DNA from: Bdellovibrionota bacterium
GTDB lineage: Bacteria > Bdellovibrionota > UBA1018 > UBA923
Direction: 5' to 3'
DNA length: 20,765 nt
Assembly (NCBI GenBank): GCA_040754655.1
Contig: JBFMCE010000070.1
Coordinates: forward strand, 1-20,765
Part shown: piece after piece, positions 1-7,537 of the stretch
Layout of the letters: the number at the start of each line of letters is the position of its first letter
Position numbering within the stretch: the stretch's first letter is position 1
Translations under genes and position numbers: made by a program
The notes under the pieces: model-generated
Seen by the model: the letters and a program-made list of their open reading frames with translations, nothing else
Database searches by the model: none
What the model was told of the DNA's origin: nothing

Positions 1-491
1 TTCGTCGCGGCGTATTCTTTGTTCTTGTTCCCCCATACGCCGATCATGAAGTAGATCGGCAATAGGGCAGAGCCCCAGAAAGCAAAGAGCAGAAACAGGT
101 CTTGAGCGGCGAAGGTTCCGAGAACGCTCGTCTCTAACATCAAGAATAAAGCGAAATAACCCCTCACCCCGGTGGTTCGATCCCATGAAGCGATGATGCA
201 CAACAGGAACAAGAGCGAGGTGAGGCAGATCAGGGCAATGCTAAGGCCGTCCACTCCGATTAAATAAGAAATATTCAACGAAGAGACCCACTCATAGTTT
301 TCAACAAACTGCATTCCGCTGGCCTCGGGGCTGAACTTCGCGACCAGCACGCAACTCAAGACAAACGTCATGAGACAGGTGGCCAAGGCTATGTAGCGCT
401 GCATCGTTTTATCGTTAGGGTGGAAGAGCAGGGTGAGAAACGATCCTATTAGAGGAAGAAAAATGATTGTGCTTAAAATGTAATTGATCAA
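1..491 (-). CDS. nuoM: NADH-quinone oxidoreductase subunit M-like (antiporter-like), 5' part only; runs off the window edge
   Basis: Not in the ORF track; translated manually. TTG start at 491, 4 nt after the nuoL stop, with a GGGGGA SD-like run upstream. Reads MINYILSTIIFLPLIG...MQFVENYEWVSSLNISYLIGVDGLS...QDLFLLFAFWGSALLPIYFMIGVWGNKNKEYAAT, matching the NuoM N-terminus (GVDGLS, DLFLF..W...P.YF.I..WG). Open to position 1. Confidence 0.93.
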   Translation of the reverse strand, partial: MINYILSTIIFLPLIGSFLTLLFHPNDKTMQRYIALATCLMTFVLSCVLVAKFSPEASGMQFVENYEWVSSLNISYLIGVDGLSIALICLTSLLFLLCIIASWDRTTGVRGYFALFLMLETSVLGTFAAQDLFLLFAFWGSALLPIYFMIGVWGNKNKEYAAT

Positions 492-495
492 GGCC

Positions 496-2457
496 TTATC
501 CCCCCAAGACAACGAACTTTGCGACGATGGCGCCCATCAAGATAAGCCCCATCGCGAAATAAAATTGAACCTGCCCGTTCTGTACGAGCCTCAACGACTT
601 TCCAATCGTAGCAATGGCTTCGGCCAGGCCATCGACGAGTTTTTGATCGATCAAACGAGTCTCTAAAGCAATGAAAGCATTTTTCAAAAAACGCATGGGC
701 TTCAACCATGCGTCAGAGGTGAGGTAATCCAAACCCCTTGAATCAATGAAGGCCGCAAGCCTTCCAAGGTTCTTGCCCGTCGGGCTGATGAACCAGTTCC
801 AAAGCAACGATTGATTGCCTTGCAGCCTGGCCAAATGATCGGTAAACGCGCTGACTTTGGCCTTGAATCGTTCGGTGGATTCGCGATCCCTAAAGATAAG
901 AAACATCGATAAGAGCCAAGAGAAAAGCAGGATGCTCACCAAAGAAACCCTCGCCAGAATATCGGAATCCGTTCCTACGAGCTCAAGGGCTGTCTGAGAA
1001 GAGCGTGACGATCCGACCGGGATGCTTACAAGTCTTTCAAACCAAGCGAAGTTCGGCAAAAGCTCAACGCCATCGTTTCCAAGAAGCCCGCTAAACAGTC
1101 TTCCACCGGTAAGCACCGCCAAACATGAAAGACAGACCAGAGCCACGGGAATGGCGATTTCAATGCGTAAATTTTCTTTCGTCGTCTTAGCGGCCCATCT
1201 CTCTCGCAGCACTCCCCACAAAGCCACGCTCAAGATGAAATCCGTCACGAACTTGATCCCGACCAGGACCCACTGAAGATGATAACCTTGTTCGCCCACG
1301 TGAAGAAGGCCAAGGTACTCTAGATAGCGCGCACCTGCCCAACCCGTTCCAGGAAAGCCGCTGAACGCCACAACAGCTAGCGCGACGAACCATCGCGATC
1401 CCCGGTCTTCCGCTTGAAATTGGTTCAAGGTCAATGTCACCAAAAAACTCACGATGACGCCGTTGAAAGCCAGCGCTTGCGCCGCCTGGTAATCCGCCGT
1501 AAGCCCGGAAATGAACACAGAGGCCGAAATATAACTGACGAGCCAGCCCGCGATCATGGAAGGTTCGCGCTCGGGAAGCGCCATCACCGCCGAAGTCAAC
1601 GCCGTGATCGCCGAAATGATGCCCAGGTATTCAAGACCATTGATCGATGAGAGGGCGGGATAGAGCTTCGAAAAAATCGTCGCAGACAAAAGCGCATGCC
1701 CGATGAAGAAAATCGGGAGCGCGCTTGATTTTGCCGAAGCGAGATAACGAACGTTCTGCATCAGCGGGAAATGCAAGCTGCGCAGCATGCACGCCAGTCC
1801 TAGGCAAACAATTGGCCAAGCCTCTGGCTGGCCGGCTGAATGTTCATTGATCTCTTTGAAACTCAACGATCCATACAACACGTAACATCCCAATGTGCCC
1901 GCCAGAAAAACGATCTCCGGTATCGCATTGAGAATCGCGTATCGAAACGAAGCTCTGGCTCGTTCATCGCGAGAAGGGCTGCTAAATCCAATGGCGACGA
2001 ATCCGATAAAACCAACCAAAGCCCATCCGAAGTAGAATGAGATGAGGTTGCCAGAACTCAACGTCAACAAGGTGCCGAGAGAGACCAATGGTATCGCTGT
2101 GACCTCGCCGCTAGATTGGCTCTTTGAGCCTTTGAGTTCTTGCATCAAGGCGAAGTATTCAAGAAGGGCGAGGATCACCGAGAACAAGAGCCAAAACAAC
2201 ATGGTCGTCGCGTCGACGTCGAATTTAAGCTCAAAACGAACATTTTCCGCGAGCGCAAACCAAGTCCCGCTCCATTGCACGACCGACGATTCCGCGAAAA
2301 TCCTCACCGCAGCCCAAATCGCGCTTCCGAGCTGCACGCATGCCATCGCCAGGCCCAGCCCTCGAACTCCCAACTTGGATCTGCTCCTGAAAAACACCGA
2401 GATCAGGGCCCAAAGAAGCAATGCTCCGGCGGAAAGGAAAAGCGGTGCTCGTTCCAT
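496..2457 (-). CDS. nuoL: NADH-quinone oxidoreductase subunit L-like, highly divergent (653 aa)
   Basis: Lies between nuoK and nuoM; many TM segments; NL..FY.GW..VG...F..IGF remnant of TM5; C-terminal amphipathic helix plus LRLVQNGQVQFY and a terminal TM typical of NuoL. Confidence 0.85.
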   Translation of the reverse strand: MERAPLFLSAGALLLWALISVFFRSRSKLGVRGLGLAMACVQLGSAIWAAVRIFAESSVVQWSGTWFALAENVRFELKFDVDATTMLFWLLFSVILALLEYFALMQELKGSKSQSSGEVTAIPLVSLGTLLTLSSGNLISFYFGWALVGFIGFVAIGFSSPSRDERARASFRYAILNAIPEIVFLAGTLGCYVLYGSLSFKEINEHSAGQPEAWPIVCLGLACMLRSLHFPLMQNVRYLASAKSSALPIFFIGHALLSATIFSKLYPALSSINGLEYLGIISAITALTSAVMALPEREPSMIAGWLVSYISASVFISGLTADYQAAQALAFNGVIVSFLVTLTLNQFQAEDRGSRWFVALAVVAFSGFPGTGWAGARYLEYLGLLHVGEQGYHLQWVLVGIKFVTDFILSVALWGVLRERWAAKTTKENLRIEIAIPVALVCLSCLAVLTGGRLFSGLLGNDGVELLPNFAWFERLVSIPVGSSRSSQTALELVGTDSDILARVSLVSILLFSWLLSMFLIFRDRESTERFKAKVSAFTDHLARLQGNQSLLWNWFISPTGKNLGRLAAFIDSRGLDYLTSDAWLKPMRFLKNAFIALETRLIDQKLVDGLAEAIATIGKSLRLVQNGQVQFYFAMGLILMGAIVAKFVVLGG

Positions 2458-2461
2458 ATGT

Positions 2462-2764
2462 CTAGTGCCTCAACTCGTTTTTCTCGCCTATGTTTGTCGT
2501 TCCTGAGGCCATGAAGCGGCGGTAGGTGAGGGTGCAGCCCAAGATGATCGTATTCAAAATCATCGTCGCGACGCAGAGGGCGAAGAACATGCCGTCGCTC
2601 GAATTAGGTTCATTTTGATGAAACGCCGCCATCGCCACCAGCGCTCCCATGCCTGCCGTCGTTAATCCCATGATCACGGCAAGGATACTCCCCCGCGAAA
2701 GGGCCGACGCGATCCCAATGCCCACCAAAACCGCGGATAAAACCAAATAGAGTTCAATTTGCAT
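2462..2764 (-). CDS. nuoK: NADH-quinone oxidoreductase subunit K-like, divergent (100 aa)
   Basis: 100 aa, three hydrophobic helices, YLVLSAVLVGIG start, DG before TM3, GTTNI...NELR tail; operon position. Confidence 0.88.
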   Translation of the reverse strand: MQIELYLVLSAVLVGIGIASALSRGSILAVIMGLTTAGMGALVAMAAFHQNEPNSSDGMFFALCVATMILNTIILGCTLTYRRFMASGTTNIGEKNELRH

Positions 2765-3296
2765 CGTCAGGTTTCCTCAATAGCAACCCGGTTCCAACCA
2801 CCGTTAAAAGCACCAGCACCCCGAAAAGCTCGAAAACCGCCAAATGATCCGTGAGCATTTTATCGCCCAACACATGCACATCCGCCTTCAAAGCGGAAGC
2901 GGCGCTTTGAGATGCCCCGACCACTGGTCTGAGCTTGGAGACTGACAAGAACGCCCAGGCGATAGAAACGCCAACGGCTATCCCAAGTACCACTCCAAGC
3001 CCCCTGGTCAGATGCCTGGTTGATGCTTTGGTCGAGGGTTGTCTGAACACTTCCCTGAGATTCGAAGATACGACGCTCGCGAAGTACAGCAGCAATACCG
3101 TGCCCATGAGGGCGACCCCGAAGATCGCTAAGGCCAGGTAATCCGCTTTCAAGCTCAGCAAAACCCCGGAGACGCTGAAAAGCTCGACAAAGAAAGCGAT
3201 ACTTGACCTCAAAAGATCTCGAGCAAAAGCGATATAGGTCGCTGATAAAACACAAAGCACCATGAACAAGAAGGTCATCACCTCGAGTAGAGTCAT
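2754..3296 (-). CDS. nuoJ: NADH-quinone oxidoreductase subunit J-like, divergent (180 aa)
   Basis: Five TM-like segments; L.ADYLA and C-terminal LG..ML.DHL.VFELFGVLVLLTVVG motif; ATGA overlap with the nuoI stop. Confidence 0.88.
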   Translation of the reverse strand: MTLLEVMTFLFMVLCVLSATYIAFARDLLRSSIAFFVELFSVSGVLLSLKADYLALAIFGVALMGTVLLLYFASVVSSNLREVFRQPSTKASTRHLTRGLGVVLGIAVGVSIAWAFLSVSKLRPVVGASQSAASALKADVHVLGDKMLTDHLAVFELFGVLVLLTVVGTGLLLRKPDDAN

Positions 3297-3877
3297 GTTT
3301 CACCTTCGTTCTTTTCCCGGCGCCGCAGCTCGGCCCCGACAGGGCTTTGCTCTAACCACGCTTGCTCTTCGGCCTTCGCTTCTTTAGCCATCTGTTCAGT
3401 AAGCCAATTTTGTTTCATGTCCCGCGTCGCCCAACCGCGACCGAAACTCTTCACAAGGCTACTCAGTTCAAAAACAGATCCTTGATACTCCCGGGTATGT
3501 TGCAAGCTCTTCGTCGGACATACTTCAACGCAAAGCCCGCAAAACATGCAACGCGCATGATCGATGTCGAAAACAGCTACCCAACTCATATTGCGTTCAG
3601 GACCCGGCTCTGTTTCGATGCGAATGCAATCGATCGGGCACACTTCCAAGCAGTACCGGCAGCCCGAGCAGCGCTCGATGTCGTTGTAGAGAAAGCCCCG
3701 ATACCTGGCGGGCAAGTCTTCCGGCATGCGCGCGCTGACCCGGTCGGGGTACTCCTCGGTGACGACCTTGAAACTCTCGGAAGCGCCTATCATATAAGGC
3801 AAGGTGGTGCGCAAAGCCATGATCAAGGTTTCACAACCCTTCCTTATTTTTGTCCAATATCCGTGTAGGCCGCTCAC
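3293..3877 (-). CDS. nuoI: NADH-quinone oxidoreductase subunit I (2x[4Fe-4S] ferredoxin-like, about 194 aa)
   Basis: T.EYP, RYRG, CSGCRYCLEVCP and CMFCGLCVEVCP motifs. Start re-assigned to GTG at 3877 (GTGA overlap with the nuoH stop, AGGAG SD upstream) rather than the ORF-track start at 4159, which lies inside nuoH. Confidence 0.95.
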   Translation of the reverse strand: MSGLHGYWTKIRKGCETLIMALRTTLPYMIGASESFKVVTEEYPDRVSARMPEDLPARYRGFLYNDIERCSGCRYCLEVCPIDCIRIETEPGPERNMSWVAVFDIDHARCMFCGLCVEVCPTKSLQHTREYQGSVFELSSLVKSFGRGWATRDMKQNWLTEQMAKEAKAEEQAWLEQSPVGAELRRREKNEGET

Positions 3878-4968
3878 AAGAAATCTCCTAAACCTCTTCC
3901 ATTGAAAATCACCATCCAAACCGCGACGAAAAATATCGAAAATAGCCCGACCGGAACCAAGCAGCGCCAACTCAGCTTGATCATCTGGTCGATTCGCATC
4001 CGCGGCAAGGACCACCGGATCCAAATTGACAAGAAAACCAGGAAAAAGACCTTTGTGATGAAAAACAACCACTCGACGAGATTGGCCGCGCGACCAAACG
4101 ATTCGAGATTCAGCGGCGTACGCCATCCCCCCAAGTAAGTGGTCACGATCAACGCGCACGACAAAAACATTGAAAGCGTCTTCAATATCGATACGAATCC
4201 ATGCCGAAGCCCGCTGAATTCCGAGGAAACGCCACCCGCCACCTCAACCAAAGAGTCATGATGGTCAAACGGAGTCCGTCCTTGCCATATCGACAATCCA
4301 AAGAACAGGCAGAGAAACGAAAGGAGCGTGCCCGGATTGTGCAAGACGATCCAGTTCCATGGCATTCCTCCTTGGACACGCACGATTTGATCAAAGTTTG
4401 GGCTGCCGGCAACCAAGACCGGCGGGACAAGCGCTACGGCCACCGGAATGATGTACGTCACAAGGGTGCCGATGATCCGAAATGACGAAAGCACAGACCA
4501 CTGGCTTTCTGCCGAATATGCCGCCCAGAAAATGCAGAGGTTGGAGACTCCCAAAGCCGTCAGCACCGCCACCAATCCTGATTCAAGATTCGATATCGCC
4601 CAACTCTGCGACATCGGAATGCTACCGACCGCGGCGAACATCACGACGATAGCGGCCGGGATGCCCCAACGAAAAAGAAAACGTTCCTGCAGCACGGGTT
4701 CGAGGTTTTCTTTGAACAAGAGTTTGATCGCATCGGCGATGACTTGAAAGAATCCGTAAAGCGGAACGCGATTGGGCCCGATGCGCATTTGAATGTCGGC
4801 GCCGAACTTGCGGTCCATGAATCCGATGGCGACGATCGGGGGCAGTGTGAGCAAAAACCCATGAACAAAAACCGCCAGAGAGACCAGCACCCAACCCGGT
4901 ATCGTTGCGCTGAAGAACGAGCCCAAGTAAGCGGCAAGCGGGCTGATCGCGTTCAAATCGGCGTTCAT
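3874..4968 (-). CDS. nuoH: NADH-quinone oxidoreductase subunit H-like (364 aa)
   Basis: DRK..A.IQ.RIGPNRV..YG.FQ.IADAIKLLFKE; R.PFD; EFSG; W.RWSLPRMRIDQ motifs. Confidence 0.95.
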   Translation of the reverse strand: MNADLNAISPLAAYLGSFFSATIPGWVLVSLAVFVHGFLLTLPPIVAIGFMDRKFGADIQMRIGPNRVPLYGFFQVIADAIKLLFKENLEPVLQERFLFRWGIPAAIVVMFAAVGSIPMSQSWAISNLESGLVAVLTALGVSNLCIFWAAYSAESQWSVLSSFRIIGTLVTYIIPVAVALVPPVLVAGSPNFDQIVRVQGGMPWNWIVLHNPGTLLSFLCLFFGLSIWQGRTPFDHHDSLVEVAGGVSSEFSGLRHGFVSILKTLSMFLSCALIVTTYLGGWRTPLNLESFGRAANLVEWLFFITKVFFLVFLSIWIRWSLPRMRIDQMIKLSWRCLVPVGLFSIFFVAVWMVIFNGRGLGDFL

Positions 4969-6077
4969 CGGTCTACCTCCGAAGCCATGATGTCAAATGA
5001 TCCCAGTATCGTCGTGACGTCGCTGATCGGGACATCCTTCAATATCGCCGGAAAGAGATTCAACACCGAAAACGAAGGCGTCCTGAACTTGACTCGGAAC
5101 GGGTGTTTCTCGCCTTGGCTCGAGATGTAGACGCTGAGGGTTCCGCGCGGGCTTTCAACCGAGGCGTACGCTTCCCCTTGGGGCGCTTTGAATATCCTGG
5201 GAAGCGTCGTTTGATAGTCGCCCGCGGGAAGATCATCGAGAGCTTGTTTGATGAGGGAAGCTGATTGCTCGATCTCCCGAATCCTGACCATGTGGCGGTC
5301 GAATGCATCGCCCGTTTTTCCCGCTTCGCCTTTGCCAACCGGGACGTCGAATTCGAGTTTGTGGTAAACGCAGTACGGAAAGACTTTCCTGACATCGTAC
5401 TTCAACCCGCTCCCGCGAACGATGGGACCCGTGACTCCACAGCTCACGGCCTCTGAAGCGGAAACAACGCCAACCTCGGCCAATCTTCCGACGAAGATCT
5501 GGTTATTCGAAAGAAGATCGTTGTACTCTTTAAGCTTGGGAACCAGGTAATCAATGAACTCATACGCCTTCTCGATGAATCCCTCTGTGACATCGGCGAA
5601 TACCCCTCCTATGCGGACATAGTTGTAGGTGAGGCGAGCCCCGCATAAGATCTCAAAGAGGTTGTTTACCTTTTCACGATCGCGAAGCGCATACAATAGA
5701 GCTGACTCAGCGCCCAGGTGATGGGCCAGGGTCCCAATGCTCATCAGATGACTCGCGATTCGATTCAATTCACCCGCGATCACCCTGATGTATTGCGCGC
5801 GCTCAGGGGCCTTTATCTCTGAAAGGCTCTCGACGGCCAATGCATAGACAAGGTTGCAGTGGATTGAAGCGAGGTAATCAATCCGATCGGTATAAGGCAT
5901 GAATCCGGTCCAGGTCATGCGTTCGGCGATCTTTTCAATGCCTCGATGCAAATAACCCACGTCAGGACGAGCCGTCAGCACGACCTCTCCGTCAGTTTCA
6001 ACGCTCACGCGAAACGGCCCAATGGCCGCTGAGTGGTGAGGACCGATATTAAGCCTTAGCGTTCGCGCTTCTGCCAT
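4965..6077 (-). CDS. nuoD: NADH-quinone oxidoreductase subunit D-like (370 aa)
   Basis: LNIGP.H, GYLHRGIEK, DRIDY, ELNRIASHL, GARL.YNY.RIGGV, ESPRG, C-terminal EVDR; no NiFe CxxC motifs; GAGGG SD. Confidence 0.96.
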   Translation of the reverse strand: MAEARTLRLNIGPHHSAAIGPFRVSVETDGEVVLTARPDVGYLHRGIEKIAERMTWTGFMPYTDRIDYLASIHCNLVYALAVESLSEIKAPERAQYIRVIAGELNRIASHLMSIGTLAHHLGAESALLYALRDREKVNNLFEILCGARLTYNYVRIGGVFADVTEGFIEKAYEFIDYLVPKLKEYNDLLSNNQIFVGRLAEVGVVSASEAVSCGVTGPIVRGSGLKYDVRKVFPYCVYHKLEFDVPVGKGEAGKTGDAFDRHMVRIREIEQSASLIKQALDDLPAGDYQTTLPRIFKAPQGEAYASVESPRGTLSVYISSQGEKHPFRVKFRTPSFSVLNLFPAILKDVPISDVTTILGSFDIMASEVDR

Positions 6078-6085
6078 TTAAACCC

Positions 6086-6595
6086 TCATGGTCGCGTATG
6101 CTCCTTACGCAACGGAGCCCGTCGATGTTCGATCGAATGGTATTCTTCGGGGAACGTGTAATCCTTCCGCAATGGGAATCCTTGCCAATCTTCCGGCAAA
6201 AGGAGTTTTCGAGGCTCAGGATGCCCCTGAAACGAGATGCCCAGCATTTCGGCGATCTCAAGTTCATAGTAAATCGCCGCTTTCCATGTCTCATGCGCCG
6301 ACGGCATCTTCGGAGAATGGCGGTCGACCGATACTTTGAGATTCAAGGTATGCACGAGCGACAAGGAGACGAGCCTGTAGATGATCTGAAGCTCTTGCCC
6401 AGCATCGATGCCAATCATGTTCTCAAGAAAATCAAATCTCAAGCTTGAATCAGCAGCGCAAAACTCAAGAACCTTTTTCAAGGAATCACGTTCAACGCCG
6501 ATTGAAATGAATTTTCCGCCATTCTGATCCTCGATAGGATGAATCGCCTTCCCGAAGTTCTTCTCGAGCGCCTCGAAAAATTCACGCGTCTCCAT
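6086..6595 (-). CDS. nuoC: NADH-quinone oxidoreductase subunit C (about 169 aa)
   Basis: E.E..EM.GI.F.GHP..R..LLP.DW.G.PLRKDY signature. Start taken at ATG 6595 (GGGGTG SD); 6613 is an alternative. Confidence 0.93.
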   Translation of the reverse strand: METREFFEALEKNFGKAIHPIEDQNGGKFISIGVERDSLKKVLEFCAADSSLRFDFLENMIGIDAGQELQIIYRLVSLSLVHTLNLKVSVDRHSPKMPSAHETWKAAIYYELEIAEMLGISFQGHPEPRKLLLPEDWQGFPLRKDYTFPEEYHSIEHRRAPLRKEHTRP

Positions 6596-7097
6596 CGACA
6601 CCCCTGAGTTCATCGCGCACCAAGACGCGGCTGCCTGCGATTCGACGCTGCAAGGTCAACAAACCATGCAGAAGAGCTTCTGGGCGCGGGGGGCAGCCTG
6701 GCACGAAAACATCAACAGGAATGATTTTATCGACCCCGCTCACGGTCGAGTAGGAATACTCCCAACTGAACAACCCTCCGCAATTCGCGCAGCTTCCCAT
6801 CGAAATCACGTACCTGGGGTGAGGCATCTGCTCATAAAGCTCGCGAATGCGCGAGGCCATCTTATGAGAGACCGTTCCCGCGACGATCATCAAGTCCGCG
6901 TGCCGAGGAGAAACTTGCGACACAGCCCCGAATCTCTCGATATCGAACCGCCCGCCCGCTACTTGCATCATTTCAACGCCACAGCATGCAAGATCGAGAG
7001 TGAGATAGTGGATAGAGTTCTGCCTGGCCCAGTTTATCGCGCGATCGAGCTGGGTGAAAACGACGTACTCGGGAAAAGCATTTTCAAGAATTCCCAT
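6582..7097 (-). CDS. nuoB: NADH-quinone oxidoreductase subunit B (cluster N2)
   Basis: [45 protein letters not shown]; all four N2 ligands present. Confidence 0.97.
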   Translation of the reverse strand: MGILENAFPEYVVFTQLDRAINWARQNSIHYLTLDLACCGVEMMQVAGGRFDIERFGAVSQVSPRHADLMIVAGTVSHKMASRIRELYEQMPHPRYVISMGSCANCGGLFSWEYSYSTVSGVDKIIPVDVFVPGCPPRPEALLHGLLTLQRRIAGSRVLVRDELRGVDGDA

Positions 7098-7488
7098 GAT
7101 TGTTTCGACTTTCCTTGTCTCGAATCCAGCTCAAATCACCTTTGGTCCAAGCATACGCTAAAGCGACTGAAAGTGACGCTAGAAATAAGCTGACAGCCAC
7201 CAATGCCGCCAGACCGCGACCCTCCTCGAGAGCGTGCCGAAAGGTGCTCACCACCGGATAAAGCATGAACATCGCCCCGAAAAACGCCGCCGCCGCCACC
7301 ACGAGGGACTGATAGCGCGACGCCATTTTGATCCAAGGTTTCGACTCGATCGCTTCTCCTGAGCTGAACGCGGTCTTTCCGCTCTCATCTCGCCGACTGC
7401 GTCGAACCCAAAAGCTAAAGACCAGCAACGAGATGAGAAACCCAAGACCCCAGATGCCCGCTAGAAAATTTGGAAGGTGTTTTTCCAT
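7084..7488 (-). CDS. nuoA: NADH-quinone oxidoreductase subunit A-like, divergent (about 134 aa)
   Basis: Three TMs, K..F.SG loop, LYP, and YAW.KG.L.W C-terminal motif; first gene of the operon. ATG 7488 preferred over the TTG at 7509. Confidence 0.88.
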   Translation of the reverse strand: MEKHLPNFLAGIWGLGFLISLLVFSFWVRRSRRDESGKTAFSSGEAIESKPWIKMASRYQSLVVAAAAFFGAMFMLYPVVSTFRHALEEGRGLAALVAVSLFLASLSVALAYAWTKGDLSWIRDKESRNNHGNS

Positions 7489-7537
7489 AATATAAATATT
7501 GAAATTCAAATAATAAAACTATATTGCGCCCCTATAA
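7489..7537. promoter_or_regulatory. Compact AT-rich divergent promoter region between nuoA and mfd, with palindrome TTGAA-A-TTCAA (7499-7509)
   Basis: 49-bp spacer, strongly AT-rich against a roughly 50% GC background. Plus strand TTGAAA(7499)-N15-TATATT(7520); several TAnnnT hexamers on the minus strand. Confidence 0.6.

Noticed and set aside
3878..4159. 94-aa N-terminal extension of NuoI given by the ORF track
   Set aside because: It lies within nuoH in another frame; the GTG at 3877 with an AGGAG SD gives a normal NuoI.
4965..6077. Group 4 [NiFe]-hydrogenase large subunit or Mbx/MBS-type catalytic subunit
   Set aside because: No Cys at the N-terminal (DRIDY) or C-terminal (FDIMASEVDR) metal-site positions, and NuoB has the adjacent CC of complex I.
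1..7488. Calling the nuo-like genes pseudogenes
   Set aside because: No stops or frameshifts in about 7.5 kb, full-length products, preserved translational coupling and Fe-S ligands.
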